A stretch of 64,000 nucleotides of DNA, from assembly GCA_963675595.2 (NCBI GenBank), contig CAXXLZ010000002.1:4352001-4416000 (forward strand). Direction: 5' to 3'. The DNA is from Thermodesulfobacteriota bacterium. Its GTDB lineage: Bacteria; Desulfobacterota; Desulfarculia; JACQYL01. A program made the translations under genes and the position numbers. Shown piece after piece: positions 10,354 through 22,277 of this stretch; the first letter of the stretch is position 1; each line of letters begins with the position of its first letter. The notes below the pieces were generated by a model that was given only the letters and a program-made list of their open reading frames with translations, searched no databases and had not been told where the DNA came from.

Positions 10354-12855
10354 TCAGAAGGGGTCTTTCTCCGGCCTACATTTTAGATCGATGTATTTCT
10401 TGTAGGCTTCCAGGGAGGCCGCGAACAGTCCCACTCTTTCGCTCGAGACGGCCTTCTTGTAATAGGCGGCGGCATAATCGGGTTTAATCTCCACCGCCTG
10501 GATGAAGTCGGAGATAGCTTTGTCGTCCATGCCCATGCGGGCGTAGAGGACACCGCGGTGATAGTACACTTCCGGGAAGGAAGGAGACATTTCGATAACC
10601 GTGCTGAAATCGTCCACGGCCTCTTCATACTTGCCCTGGAGGGCGTAAGTCATACCGCGGCTGTAAAAGGCGGCGGCCAAGCCGGGATCCAGTTCGATCG
10701 CCTTATTGAAATCCGTGATGGCGTCGATGTACGCGCCCTGTTTCATGTGGGCGTATCCGCGGTTGTAATAGGCGTCGGCGGAGTCCCCCTTCATCTCGAT
10801 CGCCTTATTGTAGTCCTGGATGGCCTTGTAGTAGTCGCCTCGTTCGGCATAGGCCTGTGCGCGTTTGTAATAGACGTCCGTTCGGCCTTCATCCACCTCC
10901 AGGGTTTTGTCGAAATCGGCGATGGCCTTCTCGTAGAGGCCCTGCTTGGCGTAAGCAAAACCCCGATCATAGTAGACCGGAGTGAAAGCCGGATCCAACG
11001 CTATGGTCTTGTCGAAGTCTTCCACTGCGGATCCGAAATCTTCTTTGGTGAGATAGGCGATCCCGCGATTGTAATGGGCCTGAGCATGATCGGGATTCAA
11101 AGCCAGAGTCCGGCTGAAATCCGAAATCGCCGCGTCCAGATCACCCTTTTTGGCCTGGGCCAATCCCCTGTAGTAGTAGGCGTCCGTGTACTGAGGATTC
11201 ATCTGAATGGCCTTGGAGAGGTCGTCCAGAGCGGATGTATAGTCACCCCGTTCTTCGTAGGCCGCACCGCGTTCGAAACGGGCTTCGGGGGATTCGGGTT
11301 TGAGTTCGATAACTTTGGAGAAATCATCAACGGCCTGGGCATACATCTTCTCATCGGAATAGATCAATCCGCGTTGAAAGTATGCATCGGCCATTTCAGG
11401 ATTGAGCGCCACGGCGTCGGTGAAGTCTTTGATCGCGGCCGCTTTCTCCCCGAGACGAGCAAGACTCACGCCTCGTGCGTACACGGCATCGGCATGCTCG
11501 GGATCCAATTCCACCGCGGTGTTGAAGTCATCCACCGCTTTGGCGTCTTCCCCACGGAGGGCATAGATGGTTCCTCGGGCGTAAAAGGCTTTAGGCTGCG
11601 CGGGGTTGAGCATCAACGCCATGTCCAGATCTTCCAAGGCCTTTTCCTGTTCACCGCGGTCGGAATACACCAAACCACGGTGATAAAAGGCCTGCGCACT
11701 CTTAGGATCGCGCTCGATGACCTTGTTCAGGTCTTCAAGGGCTTTGTCGTATTCTTTGAGCTCCGCATAGGTCAATCCGCGGTAGTAGTAGGTGTCGGTG
11801 TAATCGGCACCCATGGAGAGCGACTTGTCGAAGTCGGTTACCGCCGGGGAGTAGAGGCTCTTCTTATAATACATGAGACCTCTGTGGTAGTAGGCGTCGG
11901 GCTGGTCGGGGTTCAGGGACAGAGACTTGTCGAAGTCTTTGGCGGCTGGATCGACCTCGCCCATACGTTCGTAAGCCAACCCTCGATCATACAGCGCCTC
12001 GGCGTTATCGGGTTGGGCTTCCAACACTTTGGTGAAGTCGGAGATTGCTCCCTCGTCCTTGCCCAAACCGGCCAGAAGGATTCCCCTCTTCATGTAAGCG
12101 CCGGTAATCGACGCATCCAGCTCCAACGCTTTGGAGTAATCCGCAACAGCCGCGTCCACCAAGCCCTTCTTGTCGTTGACCAAGCCGCGCTTGAAATAAG
12201 CCATGGCGAGGGATGGGTCCTTTTCGATGGCTTGGTTGAAATCGGAAAGTGCGTCGTCGAGCTGTTCTTTCTTCATGTAGGCCTTGCCGCGATACAGATA
12301 GGCGGCGGCGAACTCGGGATCCAGTTCCAACGCCTTGTCATAATACTGAACGGCCGTATCGTATTGTTTCTGCGCGGCAGCGGCCTTGCCCAAGCCGAGA
12401 TATGTTTCGGGTTGATCCGGCTTGAGCTGGAGGGAACTGTCGAAGTCGGCCACGGCGTCTTCATATTGTTCCAGCTTATAGTAAGCCTTGCCTCTGGACT
12501 GATAGGCTTCCGCAAACTTGGGATTGAGGGAGATCGCCTTGGAAAAGTCTTCGAGGGCCTTGTCGGTGGCTCCTGTTTCCAGGTATGCCGTCCCACGATT
12601 ATAATACGCCTCGGGAAATTCGGGGTCGAGTTTGATGGCTTCGGTGAAATCCTCTATCGCCTTGTCGTAATCTCCGTTCGATAGATACTCGTCGCCTTGA
12701 TTAAGATGACTCTTGGCCTTGTAGGAGGCACTGATTCCGCAGCCCATAAAAGATAAGACCACGAACAAACATAATAAGCTAATAGGCATTAACATCAATC
12801 GCTCTTTGAGTCTTGACGAATGGCCAATTAGTCTCATACTAATCTCCCCCTTCAT
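10354..12855 (-). CDS. Tetratricopeptide-repeat lipoprotein (~22 TPRs)
   Basis: Continuous 34-aa AYY.RG......G....A..DF.KA..L.P repeats; hydrophobic leader with FMGC lipobox-like motif; exact start uncertain. Confidence 0.9.
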   Translation of the reverse strand: MKGEISMRLIGHSSRLKERLMLMPISLLCLFVVLSFMGCGISASYKAKSHLNQGDEYLSNGDYDKAIEDFTEAIKLDPEFPEAYYNRGTAYLETGATDKALEDFSKAISLNPKFAEAYQSRGKAYYKLEQYEDAVADFDSSLQLKPDQPETYLGLGKAAAAQKQYDTAVQYYDKALELDPEFAAAYLYRGKAYMKKEQLDDALSDFNQAIEKDPSLAMAYFKRGLVNDKKGLVDAAVADYSKALELDASITGAYMKRGILLAGLGKDEGAISDFTKVLEAQPDNAEALYDRGLAYERMGEVDPAAKDFDKSLSLNPDQPDAYYHRGLMYYKKSLYSPAVTDFDKSLSMGADYTDTYYYRGLTYAELKEYDKALEDLNKVIERDPKSAQAFYHRGLVYSDRGEQEKALEDLDMALMLNPAQPKAFYARGTIYALRGEDAKAVDDFNTAVELDPEHADAVYARGVSLARLGEKAAAIKDFTDAVALNPEMADAYFQRGLIYSDEKMYAQAVDDFSKVIELKPESPEARFERGAAYEERGDYTSALDDLSKAIQMNPQYTDAYYYRGLAQAKKGDLDAAISDFSRTLALNPDHAQAHYNRGIAYLTKEDFGSAVEDFDKTIALDPAFTPVYYDRGFAYAKQGLYEKAIADFDKTLEVDEGRTDVYYKRAQAYAERGDYYKAIQDYNKAIEMKGDSADAYYNRGYAHMKQGAYIDAITDFNKAIELDPGLAAAFYSRGMTYALQGKYEEAVDDFSTVIEMSPSFPEVYYHRGVLYARMGMDDKAISDFIQAVEIKPDYAAAYYKKAVSSERVGLFAASLEAYKKYIDLKCRPEKDPF

Positions 12856-13211
12856 TCTTAGCAGCAGCGATTATGCCGAAAGCCACCCCATCCCGACTTC
12901 AAGGTGTCCTATTTTCTACTGATTAGAGGCTAAAAAAGCATGATATCTCTAACATGAAAGAGATGCGATAGCAACCAAAAAATGAGTAAATCGTAGTGGT
13001 TGCTCCCTCTTCCCTCCGCTGTTCCATGATCGGTTTCCGATACATTCCCTCCCCAAAAAAGTCATGGTTCGTTCCCCAGTATCAGGCTTGGGGGAATGGA
13101 TCTCGACATTGCGATCCTTTCGAGAATCTTGCCGCGGTTCACGCAATCCGGAACAATGCCGCATGTCACGGGATTGAAAAGCGGTTATACATTGAGAAAT
13201 CAGTGATGAAG

Positions 13212-13997
13212 TCAATCCCAGATGATTTCTACGGAGGAGCCTGCCTCGGCGAAGTCGGAAGCTCTTCCCTGATTGACGGAAATTTCGACAAAATCGGAAC
13301 TCCCGATCAGAGCGAGGGGCGCACCGGGACGAACGTCGCCGTAGGTTCGGCGGATGCCGTGGAGGAGACGGTCTTCGCAACGCACGCGCAGCAACTCGGG
13401 CGGGATGTGGAGGGGAAGCGATTGCCGAGGAATGTTGGTGACCAAGTTCCCGAAGTGGTCAACGTGAAGCACCCGCCCGGATATTTTGCCGGGTTCCGTT
13501 TCAATCCGAGGCAGCGGGAAGCGTACCGGGTTCTCCAGAAGTGACCCCATGTCGCCCGGAGACGTCCCAGAGGCCAAATGCGCAGCTGCGGAGGCAAAAA
13601 CGTCCCGTCCGTGAAAGGTGGCGCTCACTTCGGGAAGGAAGCAATGGGGCCGATCAAGATGGAACGCCTGGAATTCGGGAAAAGACTGCAGAATCAGAGA
13701 AAATAGACCGTTGTCGGGCCCCACGAAGGTCCCGCCCTGGGTTTGGATCACCACAGGCTTCCGAGAGGTGCCCACGCCGGGATCCACCACTGCGACGTGG
13801 ACGGCATAGGGGGGAAACCATGGACAGGAAGTCCGGAGCGTCAAGGCACCGGCTTGTATATTCCCCGGAGCAAGCTCGTGTGTGATGTCCACGAGGTGCG
13901 CCTCCGGACAGATGCTCAGGATCACGCCCTTCATCGCTCCCACGTATCCGTCCCGGGTTCCGAAATCGGTGGTAAGCGTTATAATCGGAGGGCTCAT
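13212..13997 (-). CDS. SAM hydrolase / SAM-dependent chlorinase-fluorinase (DUF62) family protein
   Basis: ITLTTDFG, DITH, VVDPGVGT.R, GPDNG, SATFHGRDVF, VDHFGNLVTN; ATG 13997 preferred. Confidence 0.92.
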   Translation of the reverse strand: MSPPIITLTTDFGTRDGYVGAMKGVILSICPEAHLVDITHELAPGNIQAGALTLRTSCPWFPPYAVHVAVVDPGVGTSRKPVVIQTQGGTFVGPDNGLFSLILQSFPEFQAFHLDRPHCFLPEVSATFHGRDVFASAAAHLASGTSPGDMGSLLENPVRFPLPRIETEPGKISGRVLHVDHFGNLVTNIPRQSLPLHIPPELLRVRCEDRLLHGIRRTYGDVRPGAPLALIGSSDFVEISVNQGRASDFAEAGSSVEIIWD

Positions 13998-14397
13998 CCC
14001 TATCCTCCCTTCAATGCCGTGCGGCGAAAGCTCATCCCTCGGACGCCCTCCGGGACCTCCGAACGCCGGAACAGGTCGGGGTACGACCTTCGACCGACTC
14101 GGCACGGCCTCAAACATCTTTGCCCGATTGCATCCACATCGTTAAGCGTTGGGCAAAAGATTCTTTGACTTTTTTAGTTTCGTTTAAGATATATTCTTAT
14201 CTTGGAACCACTTTCAAACCGTTCCGAACGTCCGCCGGGGGCTGCCGGGGGACCGCTCTCAGCCGTGCGGCGGAGCGTTCGCGTCCGGATCCTCTCAAGA
14301 CCGCGGCGCCTCCAATCCGATCGCACCAATCCAAGGAACCAACGCCGGGGACGAACCGGTGAGTATACCCGTTCGACCCCAGCCGCCGGGAACGATC

Positions 14398-14925
14398 ATG
14401 TCCAAAGGATTTATTCGCGTTTATACGGGCAATGGAAAAGGCAAAACCACCAGCGCCATGGGCGAGGCCCTGTCGACCCTGTTGGAAGACGAACGCGTTT
14501 TCATCATGCAATTCATGAAGCCGACGCTTGGCAAGGGGGAACAGCTGATCATGCACTGGTTTCCCCTGAACATCGTATTCCTCCCTGTAGGAAGGCGTGG
14601 CTTCATCCTCAAGAAGAAAGGGCAGGATCCCCTGGATTCCATTATGGCGGTGCGCGCTTTGGAACTGGCCAAGGAGGTCATGCAGCGTGACGTGTACCGT
14701 CTCGTTGTACTGGACGAAATCAATATGGCCGTGTGGTTCGATTTGATCCCGCCGGATCAGGTCCTGTCGTTCATAGATCATAAACCGCCCGAAACCAATC
14801 TGATTCTTACGGGAAGGAACCTGCATCCCGCCATTGCCGGAAAGACCGAGGAGATTATCGAGCTTCGCGAGGTGAAACACTACTATAGAAGAGGGATTCG
14901 AGCCAGGCACGGCATCGAGTTCTGA
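14398..14925 (+). CDS. cobO: Cob(I)yrinic acid a,c-diamide adenosyltransferase
   Basis: YTGNGKGKTTSA, QFMK, LDEI, LTGR, C-terminal GIEF. Confidence 0.9.
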   Translation: MSKGFIRVYTGNGKGKTTSAMGEALSTLLEDERVFIMQFMKPTLGKGEQLIMHWFPLNIVFLPVGRRGFILKKKGQDPLDSIMAVRALELAKEVMQRDVYRLVVLDEINMAVWFDLIPPDQVLSFIDHKPPETNLILTGRNLHPAIAGKTEEIIELREVKHYYRRGIRARHGIEF

Positions 14926-15030
14926 GGGCTCCGGCGCGCGGTCGGTTGTCGCCGACGTGCGCATCACCCCGATTCTCGATACGGAAATCCGGGAAGACGA
15001 CCATTTTTCACAGATCTGTCGGAGACGGAA

Positions 15031-15513
15031 ATGCCGATTTACGAATTTTACTGTGAGCGATGTCACAAGATTTATAATTTCTTTTCGGGGAGCGTGAATA
15101 CCGAGGCGCGTCCGGATTGTCCAAAGTGTGGCGCGAAAGGGTTGAGCCGGCTCATGAGCACCTTCGCTTCTCCCCGTCGTGGAGAAGAAGACGACGCGGG
15201 TTTACCCGATCTGGACGAGTCAAAGCTGGAAGGAGCGTTAGGGGCCCTGGCATCGGAAGCCGACCGTTTGGATGAAAACAACCCTCGCCACGCGGCGCAA
15301 CTCATGCGCAAATTTTCCGAGGTTACGGGCATGAACCTGGGACCCCATTTCGAAGAGGCTCTGCACAGGCTGGAGAAGGGCGAGGATCCCGAAGCCGTCG
15401 AGGCGGAGATGGGGGACCTTCTGGACGACATACCTTTCACGGCCGAAGGCGGCGCCAAGGGAAAAACCAAACGTCGCCCTCCGGAAGTGGACGACCAACT
15501 TTACTTCCTCTGA
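15031..15513 (+). CDS. FmdB-family zinc-ribbon protein with acidic C-terminal domain
   Basis: MPIYEFYCERC...CPKCG. Confidence 0.85.
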   Translation: MPIYEFYCERCHKIYNFFSGSVNTEARPDCPKCGAKGLSRLMSTFASPRRGEEDDAGLPDLDESKLEGALGALASEADRLDENNPRHAAQLMRKFSEVTGMNLGPHFEEALHRLEKGEDPEAVEAEMGDLLDDIPFTAEGGAKGKTKRRPPEVDDQLYFL

Positions 15514-15634
15514 ACGGCGCATCGCCCATTGCCGGTGAAATGACCTTATCAAGGACAAAGATCAAGTTTCCCGCTCCGATGTTGCAGACTTCGGTTCACT
15601 TGGGGTTCGCCCTTCCCCGCTCGCTTTCGCCGTC

Positions 15635-16456
15635 CTAATCCCGGTCCGAGTCGGCCGTTTCCCCATTCCATTCCCAAGGCCACAGATCGGTAAGGGTCCG
15701 CAGGCTGGTCCAAACCCAGTCCTCCCGATGAGCCTCCAGAGTCACAATGGGGCGCCGACCTTCGGCGGCGAGGTCCCGGAAGAAGGGCTCGAATGGGAAC
15801 GTGCCTTCCCCCACGGCTCGGTGCTCGTCGAAATCTCCCAGATTGTCGTGAACATGAATCTGTCCGAGGCGGTCTCCGAGTTTCTCCATCCATTCCTGCC
15901 AGGTGATCCGGCTGAATGCGACGCAATGGCCCGTGTCGAAGCAGAAGCCCATATCCTCCGGAGGGATACGGTCGAAGACCGCTTCGAACACTTGAGAGTC
16001 CCATTCAAACACGTTTTCGATATTCATGCGTATCCCTTGTTCCCGGAACAAAGGGCCGCATTCCTCCCAGAAGTTCAGCCAACCATCGACCCATAGGTCC
16101 AGTGACTCCAAGTGCATTCTGGGCTCGAACCCAAGATGACAGACCACGGATCGGGGATGGAATTCGACTATGAGATCGAACGCCCGGCGCAGCCGGTCAC
16201 GGGAAGCTCTTCGGATCAACGGGTCCCGTGAAGCGGGACAAAGGTCCATGAAAGGAGCGTGCAGGGTGGTGGAAAGCCCTTCGGAGGCAAGCCTTGCGGC
16301 AACCGTCTGAAACTCCTTGAAGGAGTATCGGTCAAGGGCATCGGCGGACAGTCCGATTTCCGGTTGAACCCGGTTCTTCAGCACCAAATCGAAGTAGCGT
16401 TCCATGAGGTCTATGAAGGGCACCGCCACTTGAATCTGCGACAAGATGGGGACCAT
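15635..16456 (-). CDS. Sugar phosphate isomerase/epimerase (AP endonuclease 2 TIM-barrel) family
   Basis: LHAPF, IEN, CFDTGH, IHVHDN..DEH metal-binding motifs. Confidence 0.85.
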   Translation of the reverse strand: MVPILSQIQVAVPFIDLMERYFDLVLKNRVQPEIGLSADALDRYSFKEFQTVAARLASEGLSTTLHAPFMDLCPASRDPLIRRASRDRLRRAFDLIVEFHPRSVVCHLGFEPRMHLESLDLWVDGWLNFWEECGPLFREQGIRMNIENVFEWDSQVFEAVFDRIPPEDMGFCFDTGHCVAFSRITWQEWMEKLGDRLGQIHVHDNLGDFDEHRAVGEGTFPFEPFFRDLAAEGRRPIVTLEAHREDWVWTSLRTLTDLWPWEWNGETADSDRD

Positions 16457-16652
16457 GATTCTCTCCCGGGGCGATAGGTTTGATGGGTTGCGAATTTATA
16501 TTAGCGACGGATCAGGGACAATCAAGACACCTTTGTCCGGGATTCCGCCGGCGCCGGGAAGAAGGCGTGAAACGGGGGCGTCTATGAAATGATGCGAGCA
16601 TCAGCCGAGGCGGCCGCAAAGCGGACACGACTTCGGAGAAGTTGGAGGCCTG

Positions 16653-16694
16653 AAAAACGAGCCGGCGACTGACATGGATCCTCAGCCGCCGGCT
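16653..16694 (-). terminator. Intrinsic terminator with no annotated gene directly upstream
   Basis: Minus strand AGCCGGCGGCTGA-9 nt loop-TCAGTCGCCGGCT then CGTTTTT. Confidence 0.7.
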
Positions 16695-17148
16695 TACACC
16701 AGGAGAAATAATTGTGGCAGGGACTCGGCCTCCGCCACACGTCGATTGTTGGTCCCCATCCGTCGCCCGAAGTCCCCGGCGCTTCGTTTTTCGTGATGCC
16801 CTCGTCCTCAACGAAGATACTTCGGAGGGAGGTTCACACAAAGATGCACGCAAGGCTGAGTGACTCTTCCCGGGGTCAAGGAATGGGACCCGACCCCCTG
16901 CGGGGAATTAAGTACAGGGGGCCACCCTCGATTTTTAAGAAGCAATAACCATACCAATGCGGTACGGAGTTCAAATCCTCAGAACCGGCCTCGGAAGCGG
17001 GTTGGGCGACCGGTGAGTTTGGGGGATTCGGGAAAGGTCCGAAAGCTGAGCCAATTCGGCCAGACTCGATCACCGGTGCGGTCGGATCCGGCCGGCGGCA
17101 AACGGGAAAAAGCCTAAACCCCGTTCCCCCCGGTACGGTCATAAGGGC

Positions 17149-17178
17149 TTGACGGTGCCGGCTTCAATTACCTAATAT
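17149..17178 (+). promoter_or_regulatory. Possible sigma70 promoter of metK-ahcY
   Basis: TTGACG-18 nt-TAATAT about 50 bp before the metK ATG. Confidence 0.4.
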
Positions 17179-17225
17179 CCGACTTTTGACGCCAAATCGG
17201 CGAAAGACCCAGTTGGAGGCATACT

Positions 17226-18395
17226 ATGACAACGAACAATCGACTGTTTACTTCCGAGTCGGTCACCGAGGGACATCCCGACAAAGTCGCGGACCAGATC
17301 TCCGACGCCGTGCTCGATGCCATTATCGCCCAAGACAAGGATTGCCGCGTAGCGTGTGAAACTTTGGTCACCACGGGCATCGCCTTTATCGCGGGAGAAA
17401 TCACCACATCCTGCTGGGTGGATATTCCGGCCATCGTACGCAATACCATACACGACATCGGCTATAATGATTCCTGCATGGGCTTCGACTGGGAAACCTG
17501 CGGGGTCGTCACCAGCATCGACAAACAGTCTCCGGACATCGCACAGGGCGTGAATGAAAGCACGGACAAAGAGATGGGCGCGGGTGACCAAGGGCTCATG
17601 TTCGGATACGCCACCAATGAGACCGAGGAGCTGATGCCGCTTCCCATCAGCTTGGCCCACAAGCTCTCCATGCGGCTGGCCAGGGTCAGGAAAAAGGGAG
17701 TGCTCAATTTTCTCCGTCCCGACGGTAAGACTCAGGTCACGGTGCAGTACAACGGCGGAGGCGACTGGCGTGTGGATACCGTGGTGGTCGCCACCCAGCA
17801 TACTCCGGATGTGAAAGACAGTATCCTGAGGGAAGCGGTCATTGAGGAAGTGATCAAAAAGGTCATCCCCAAGGATCGTATGGACGGAGATACCAATGTG
17901 TTCATCAACGCCACCGGCCGATTCGTGGTAGGCGGACCCCATGGGGACTGCGGCATCACCGGCCGCAAGATTATCGTGGACACCTACGGAGGACACGGGA
18001 GTCACGGGGGTGGCTGCTTCTCCGGAAAGGATCCCACGAAGATGGACCGTTCCGGGTCCTATATGGCGCGACACGTGGCCAAGAACATTGTGGCCGCCGA
18101 ACTGGCCGACAAGTGTGAAGTGCAATTCGCCTACGTCATCGGTGTGGCCGATCCCGTGTCCATCATGGTGGACACCTTCGGCACGGGCAAGGTTTCCGAA
18201 GAGGGGCTGGTTCAACTGATTCGGGAATTCTTCCCTCTCAAACCCAAGAAAGTGATCGAATATCTGGACCTGCTGCGTCCGATTTACCGGAAAACTTCCT
18301 GCTACGGCCATTTTGGAAGGAACGACCCCGAATTCAGCTGGGAGGACACCCGGCGGGCGGCGGAACTGAAGGAAGCCGCCCGATCCGTCAAGTGA
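17226..18395 (+). CDS. metK: S-adenosylmethionine synthetase
   Basis: [38 protein letters not shown]. Confidence 0.98.
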   Translation: MTTNNRLFTSESVTEGHPDKVADQISDAVLDAIIAQDKDCRVACETLVTTGIAFIAGEITTSCWVDIPAIVRNTIHDIGYNDSCMGFDWETCGVVTSIDKQSPDIAQGVNESTDKEMGAGDQGLMFGYATNETEELMPLPISLAHKLSMRLARVRKKGVLNFLRPDGKTQVTVQYNGGGDWRVDTVVVATQHTPDVKDSILREAVIEEVIKKVIPKDRMDGDTNVFINATGRFVVGGPHGDCGITGRKIIVDTYGGHGSHGGGCFSGKDPTKMDRSGSYMARHVAKNIVAAELADKCEVQFAYVIGVADPVSIMVDTFGTGKVSEEGLVQLIREFFPLKPKKVIEYLDLLRPIYRKTSCYGHFGRNDPEFSWEDTRRAAELKEAARSVK

Positions 18396-19664
<1,269 letters not shown>

Positions 19665-19711
19665 TCACGTCGCTCATCCCTCCGCGCGTTCGGAGGAGTC
19701 CATAATTTCAG

Positions 19712-19753
19712 AACAAAACACCCTCTCCCGAATCCGGAAGAGGGTGTTTTGTT
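19712..19753. terminator. Bidirectional intrinsic terminator between ahcY and fabH
   Basis: AACAAAACACCCTCT / AGAGGGTGTTTTGTT perfect 15-bp inverted repeat. Confidence 0.85.
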
Positions 19754-19830
19754 ATCTTGGGGCTTTCGCGGGGATGCAGCGCCTCACCTGAGAGGGAGGC
19801 CTGCGAGGGGCCGCGGAAACCGAGTTCCCC

Positions 19831-20820
19831 TTACCAGCGGAACAAGGCGCTTCCCCAGGTGAGGCCGCCGCCGAACGCCGTCAGCAGCACCAAGTGGTCC
19901 TGCTCTATCCGTCCGTCCCTCACCGCCACGTCTAAAGCGACCGGGACGCTCGCGCTGGACATATTCCCGAACTTATCAATGGTCAGGACGAATTTATCCA
20001 TAGGGGTGTCGATCCGCTTGGCCACGCCCTGGAGCATGCGTAGGTTCGCCTGGTGAGGCACCACCCAGTTCACGTCGTCCATGGAAATATCGTGAGTCGC
20101 AACGGCCTCGAAGCACGAGTCTCCGAAGTGCTTCACCGCCACTTTCACGGAGGCGCTGGCCTGAATCATTCTCAAGTAGTGCTTCTTGGCGTCCACGCTT
20201 TCGTGACCGATGGGCGTGGTCAGGGAGCCCCCTCCGGGGACCAGCAGGTTCTGACCGTTGGCGCCGTCCGTGTGCACATGCGTCGAAAGCATTTGAGGAC
20301 CGGCGTCGTCGCGGGTCAGAATGACCGCCCCGGCCCCGTCGCCCCAAAGGATGCAGGAGGTGCGGTCCGTCCAGTCCACCGTACGGGTCATGATCTCCGA
20401 GGCCACCACCATGACGGTTTTGAAGGTGCCCGCTTTCAGATATTGCTCGGCCACGTTGAGGGCGAACAGGAAGCCGCTGCAGGCCGCGGTGACGTCGAAA
20501 GTCAGCGCATTGGGAATGTCGAGCTTGGCCTGTAGGAAATTCGCCGCCGCCGGACAAGCCATGTCCGGGGTGATGGTGGCGAACACAACGAGCTCGATGG
20601 CGTCCTTGTTGAGGTCCGCCGCTTCCAATGCGCGAAGACAGGCATGATGGGCCAGATGGGAAGAGGCCTCGTCCGGGGCGGCCATACGCCGTTCCGAGAT
20701 ACCCGTGCGCTGGACGATCCATTCATCCGACGTATCCACGATCTTTTCCATGTCGAAGTTGCTCAACACGCCTTCGGGCACGTGCGATCCCGTGCCCAGG
20801 ACCCGGATGCCGGAACGCAT
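19831..20820 (-). CDS. fabH: 3-oxoacyl-ACP synthase III
   Basis: Catalytic triad motifs AACSG, PHQAN, GNMSSAS; TSDEWI..RTGI; start may be 20820 or 20877. Confidence 0.95.
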   Translation of the reverse strand: MRSGIRVLGTGSHVPEGVLSNFDMEKIVDTSDEWIVQRTGISERRMAAPDEASSHLAHHACLRALEAADLNKDAIELVVFATITPDMACPAAANFLQAKLDIPNALTFDVTAACSGFLFALNVAEQYLKAGTFKTVMVVASEIMTRTVDWTDRTSCILWGDGAGAVILTRDDAGPQMLSTHVHTDGANGQNLLVPGGGSLTTPIGHESVDAKKHYLRMIQASASVKVAVKHFGDSCFEAVATHDISMDDVNWVVPHQANLRMLQGVAKRIDTPMDKFVLTIDKFGNMSSASVPVALDVAVRDGRIEQDHLVLLTAFGGGLTWGSALFRW

Positions 20821-20981
20821 TTGCCGGAGTCTATCTTGAGAAAGCAATGATCGCTCCTTTTTTATTTCAATAGGCAACTCGGTTCGGAAACCCGATTCGG
20901 GGACTTTCCAGAGGAACCGGTTGTGAAATGAAACTTACGACAAAACCGTGAAGGCGCTTCCTCCGGCCCGAATCATCAGGG

Positions 20982-21950
20982 CTATCGATAGCGAAGCCCC
21001 ACCCTCTTTCGAACCTCTTCGAGGGTCACGGAAGCCAGGGCGCGCGCCTTTTCGGCTCCTTTACTCAGGACTTCGTAAACGTAGTCCATGTTGTTGACGA
21101 GTTCGTCTCGTTTTTTCCGGTAAGGTTCGAAATAGTTCCAAATTCGGTCTACCAGATCCTTCTTCACCTCGCCGTAACCCAATCCGGGAGCGCGGTAACG
21201 AGCGTCGAGTTCGGAAATTTCTTCGGGGGAGGCAAAAGGCTTGAACACGGCGAAGAGGTTGCAGGTGTCGGGGTCCTTGGGCTGATCCACGGGGGTCGAG
21301 TCCGTGACGATTCTCATGACTTTCTTCTTGAGCGCTTTGTAATCCGTGAAAATCTCGACGGTGTTTCCATAGGACTTGGACATCTTCTTTCCATCGATGC
21401 CCGGAATGACGGCCAGATTCTCGTTGATTTCGGGTTCGGGCAGGACAAAGGTTTCACCGAACTGGTTGTTGAACCGTTGAGCGATGTCCCGGGTGACCTC
21501 GACGTGCTGTTTCTGGTCTTTACCAACAGGGATGATGTTCGCCTGGTAAAGCAGGATATCCGCCGCCATGAGCACGGGATAAGAGAACAATCCGTGGGTC
21601 GCGGGCAGACCTTTGGCCGTCTTGTCTTTGAAGGAGTGGCAGCGTTCCAGCAGCCCCATGGGCGTAACGGTGGAGAGTATCCAGGTCAGCTCCGTCACCT
21701 CCGGCACGTCCGATTGAACCCAGAAGATGCAGCGATCAGGGTCCAGCCCGAGAGCCAGGAAGTCCAGAGCCGCCTCGATGGTGCCCTTGCGAAGAGTTTC
21801 CCCTTCGTCCACGGAAGTCAAGGCGTGGTAGTTCACGATGAATATGAATGTTTCATGCCGGGTGTGGTAGTCCAACATGGGTTTCATCATACCGAAGTAG
21901 TTACCGATGTGGAGTTGACCGGACGGTTGTATACCGGATAATACGCGCAT
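20982..21950 (-). CDS. trpS: Tryptophan--tRNA ligase
   Basis: SGIQPSG.LHIGNY, YPVLMAADIL, VGKDQ, KMSKS. Confidence 0.97.
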   Translation of the reverse strand: MRVLSGIQPSGQLHIGNYFGMMKPMLDYHTRHETFIFIVNYHALTSVDEGETLRKGTIEAALDFLALGLDPDRCIFWVQSDVPEVTELTWILSTVTPMGLLERCHSFKDKTAKGLPATHGLFSYPVLMAADILLYQANIIPVGKDQKQHVEVTRDIAQRFNNQFGETFVLPEPEINENLAVIPGIDGKKMSKSYGNTVEIFTDYKALKKKVMRIVTDSTPVDQPKDPDTCNLFAVFKPFASPEEISELDARYRAPGLGYGEVKKDLVDRIWNYFEPYRKKRDELVNNMDYVYEVLSKGAEKARALASVTLEEVRKRVGLRYR

Positions 21951-22277
21951 CGTGGTATCGTAGTCCTTTCGTCGGGAAAAGTAATCAATTCAGCGCCATA
22001 CCCGATGGGCGGGCGCTCGGACAATCAGCGGACGGCTTCTGGGATAACCATGAGGCGGAACTGCCGCAAAGCCATGAGAGAACCTTGGGATACACCAGGG
22101 ACCTTGAATTGGCAAGAGAAAATCGTATACTGTTGCACACGGTGGGCACCGGACCCCAAGTTTCCGTCCGGGCGTCGCCCGCCTTCCCAACGGAAGTATT
22201 TACAACAGAATTTCTTCCGGGGCAAACCGATCCCGTATTCCTTCCATCAAGCCTAACTCATCCTGGAAAGCGTCGCC

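Noticed and set aside
10558-12684. 708-aa plus-strand ORF
   Set aside because: Antisense shadow of the TPR gene
16960-16985. GTTCAAATCC resembling a tRNA T-loop
   Set aside because: Flanks do not form a T-stem or cloverleaf
16460-17225. Known SAM-I/SAH riboswitch, tmRNA, SRP or RNase P RNA
   Set aside because: Their conserved sequence signatures were not found by eye; region kept only as an unassigned candidate
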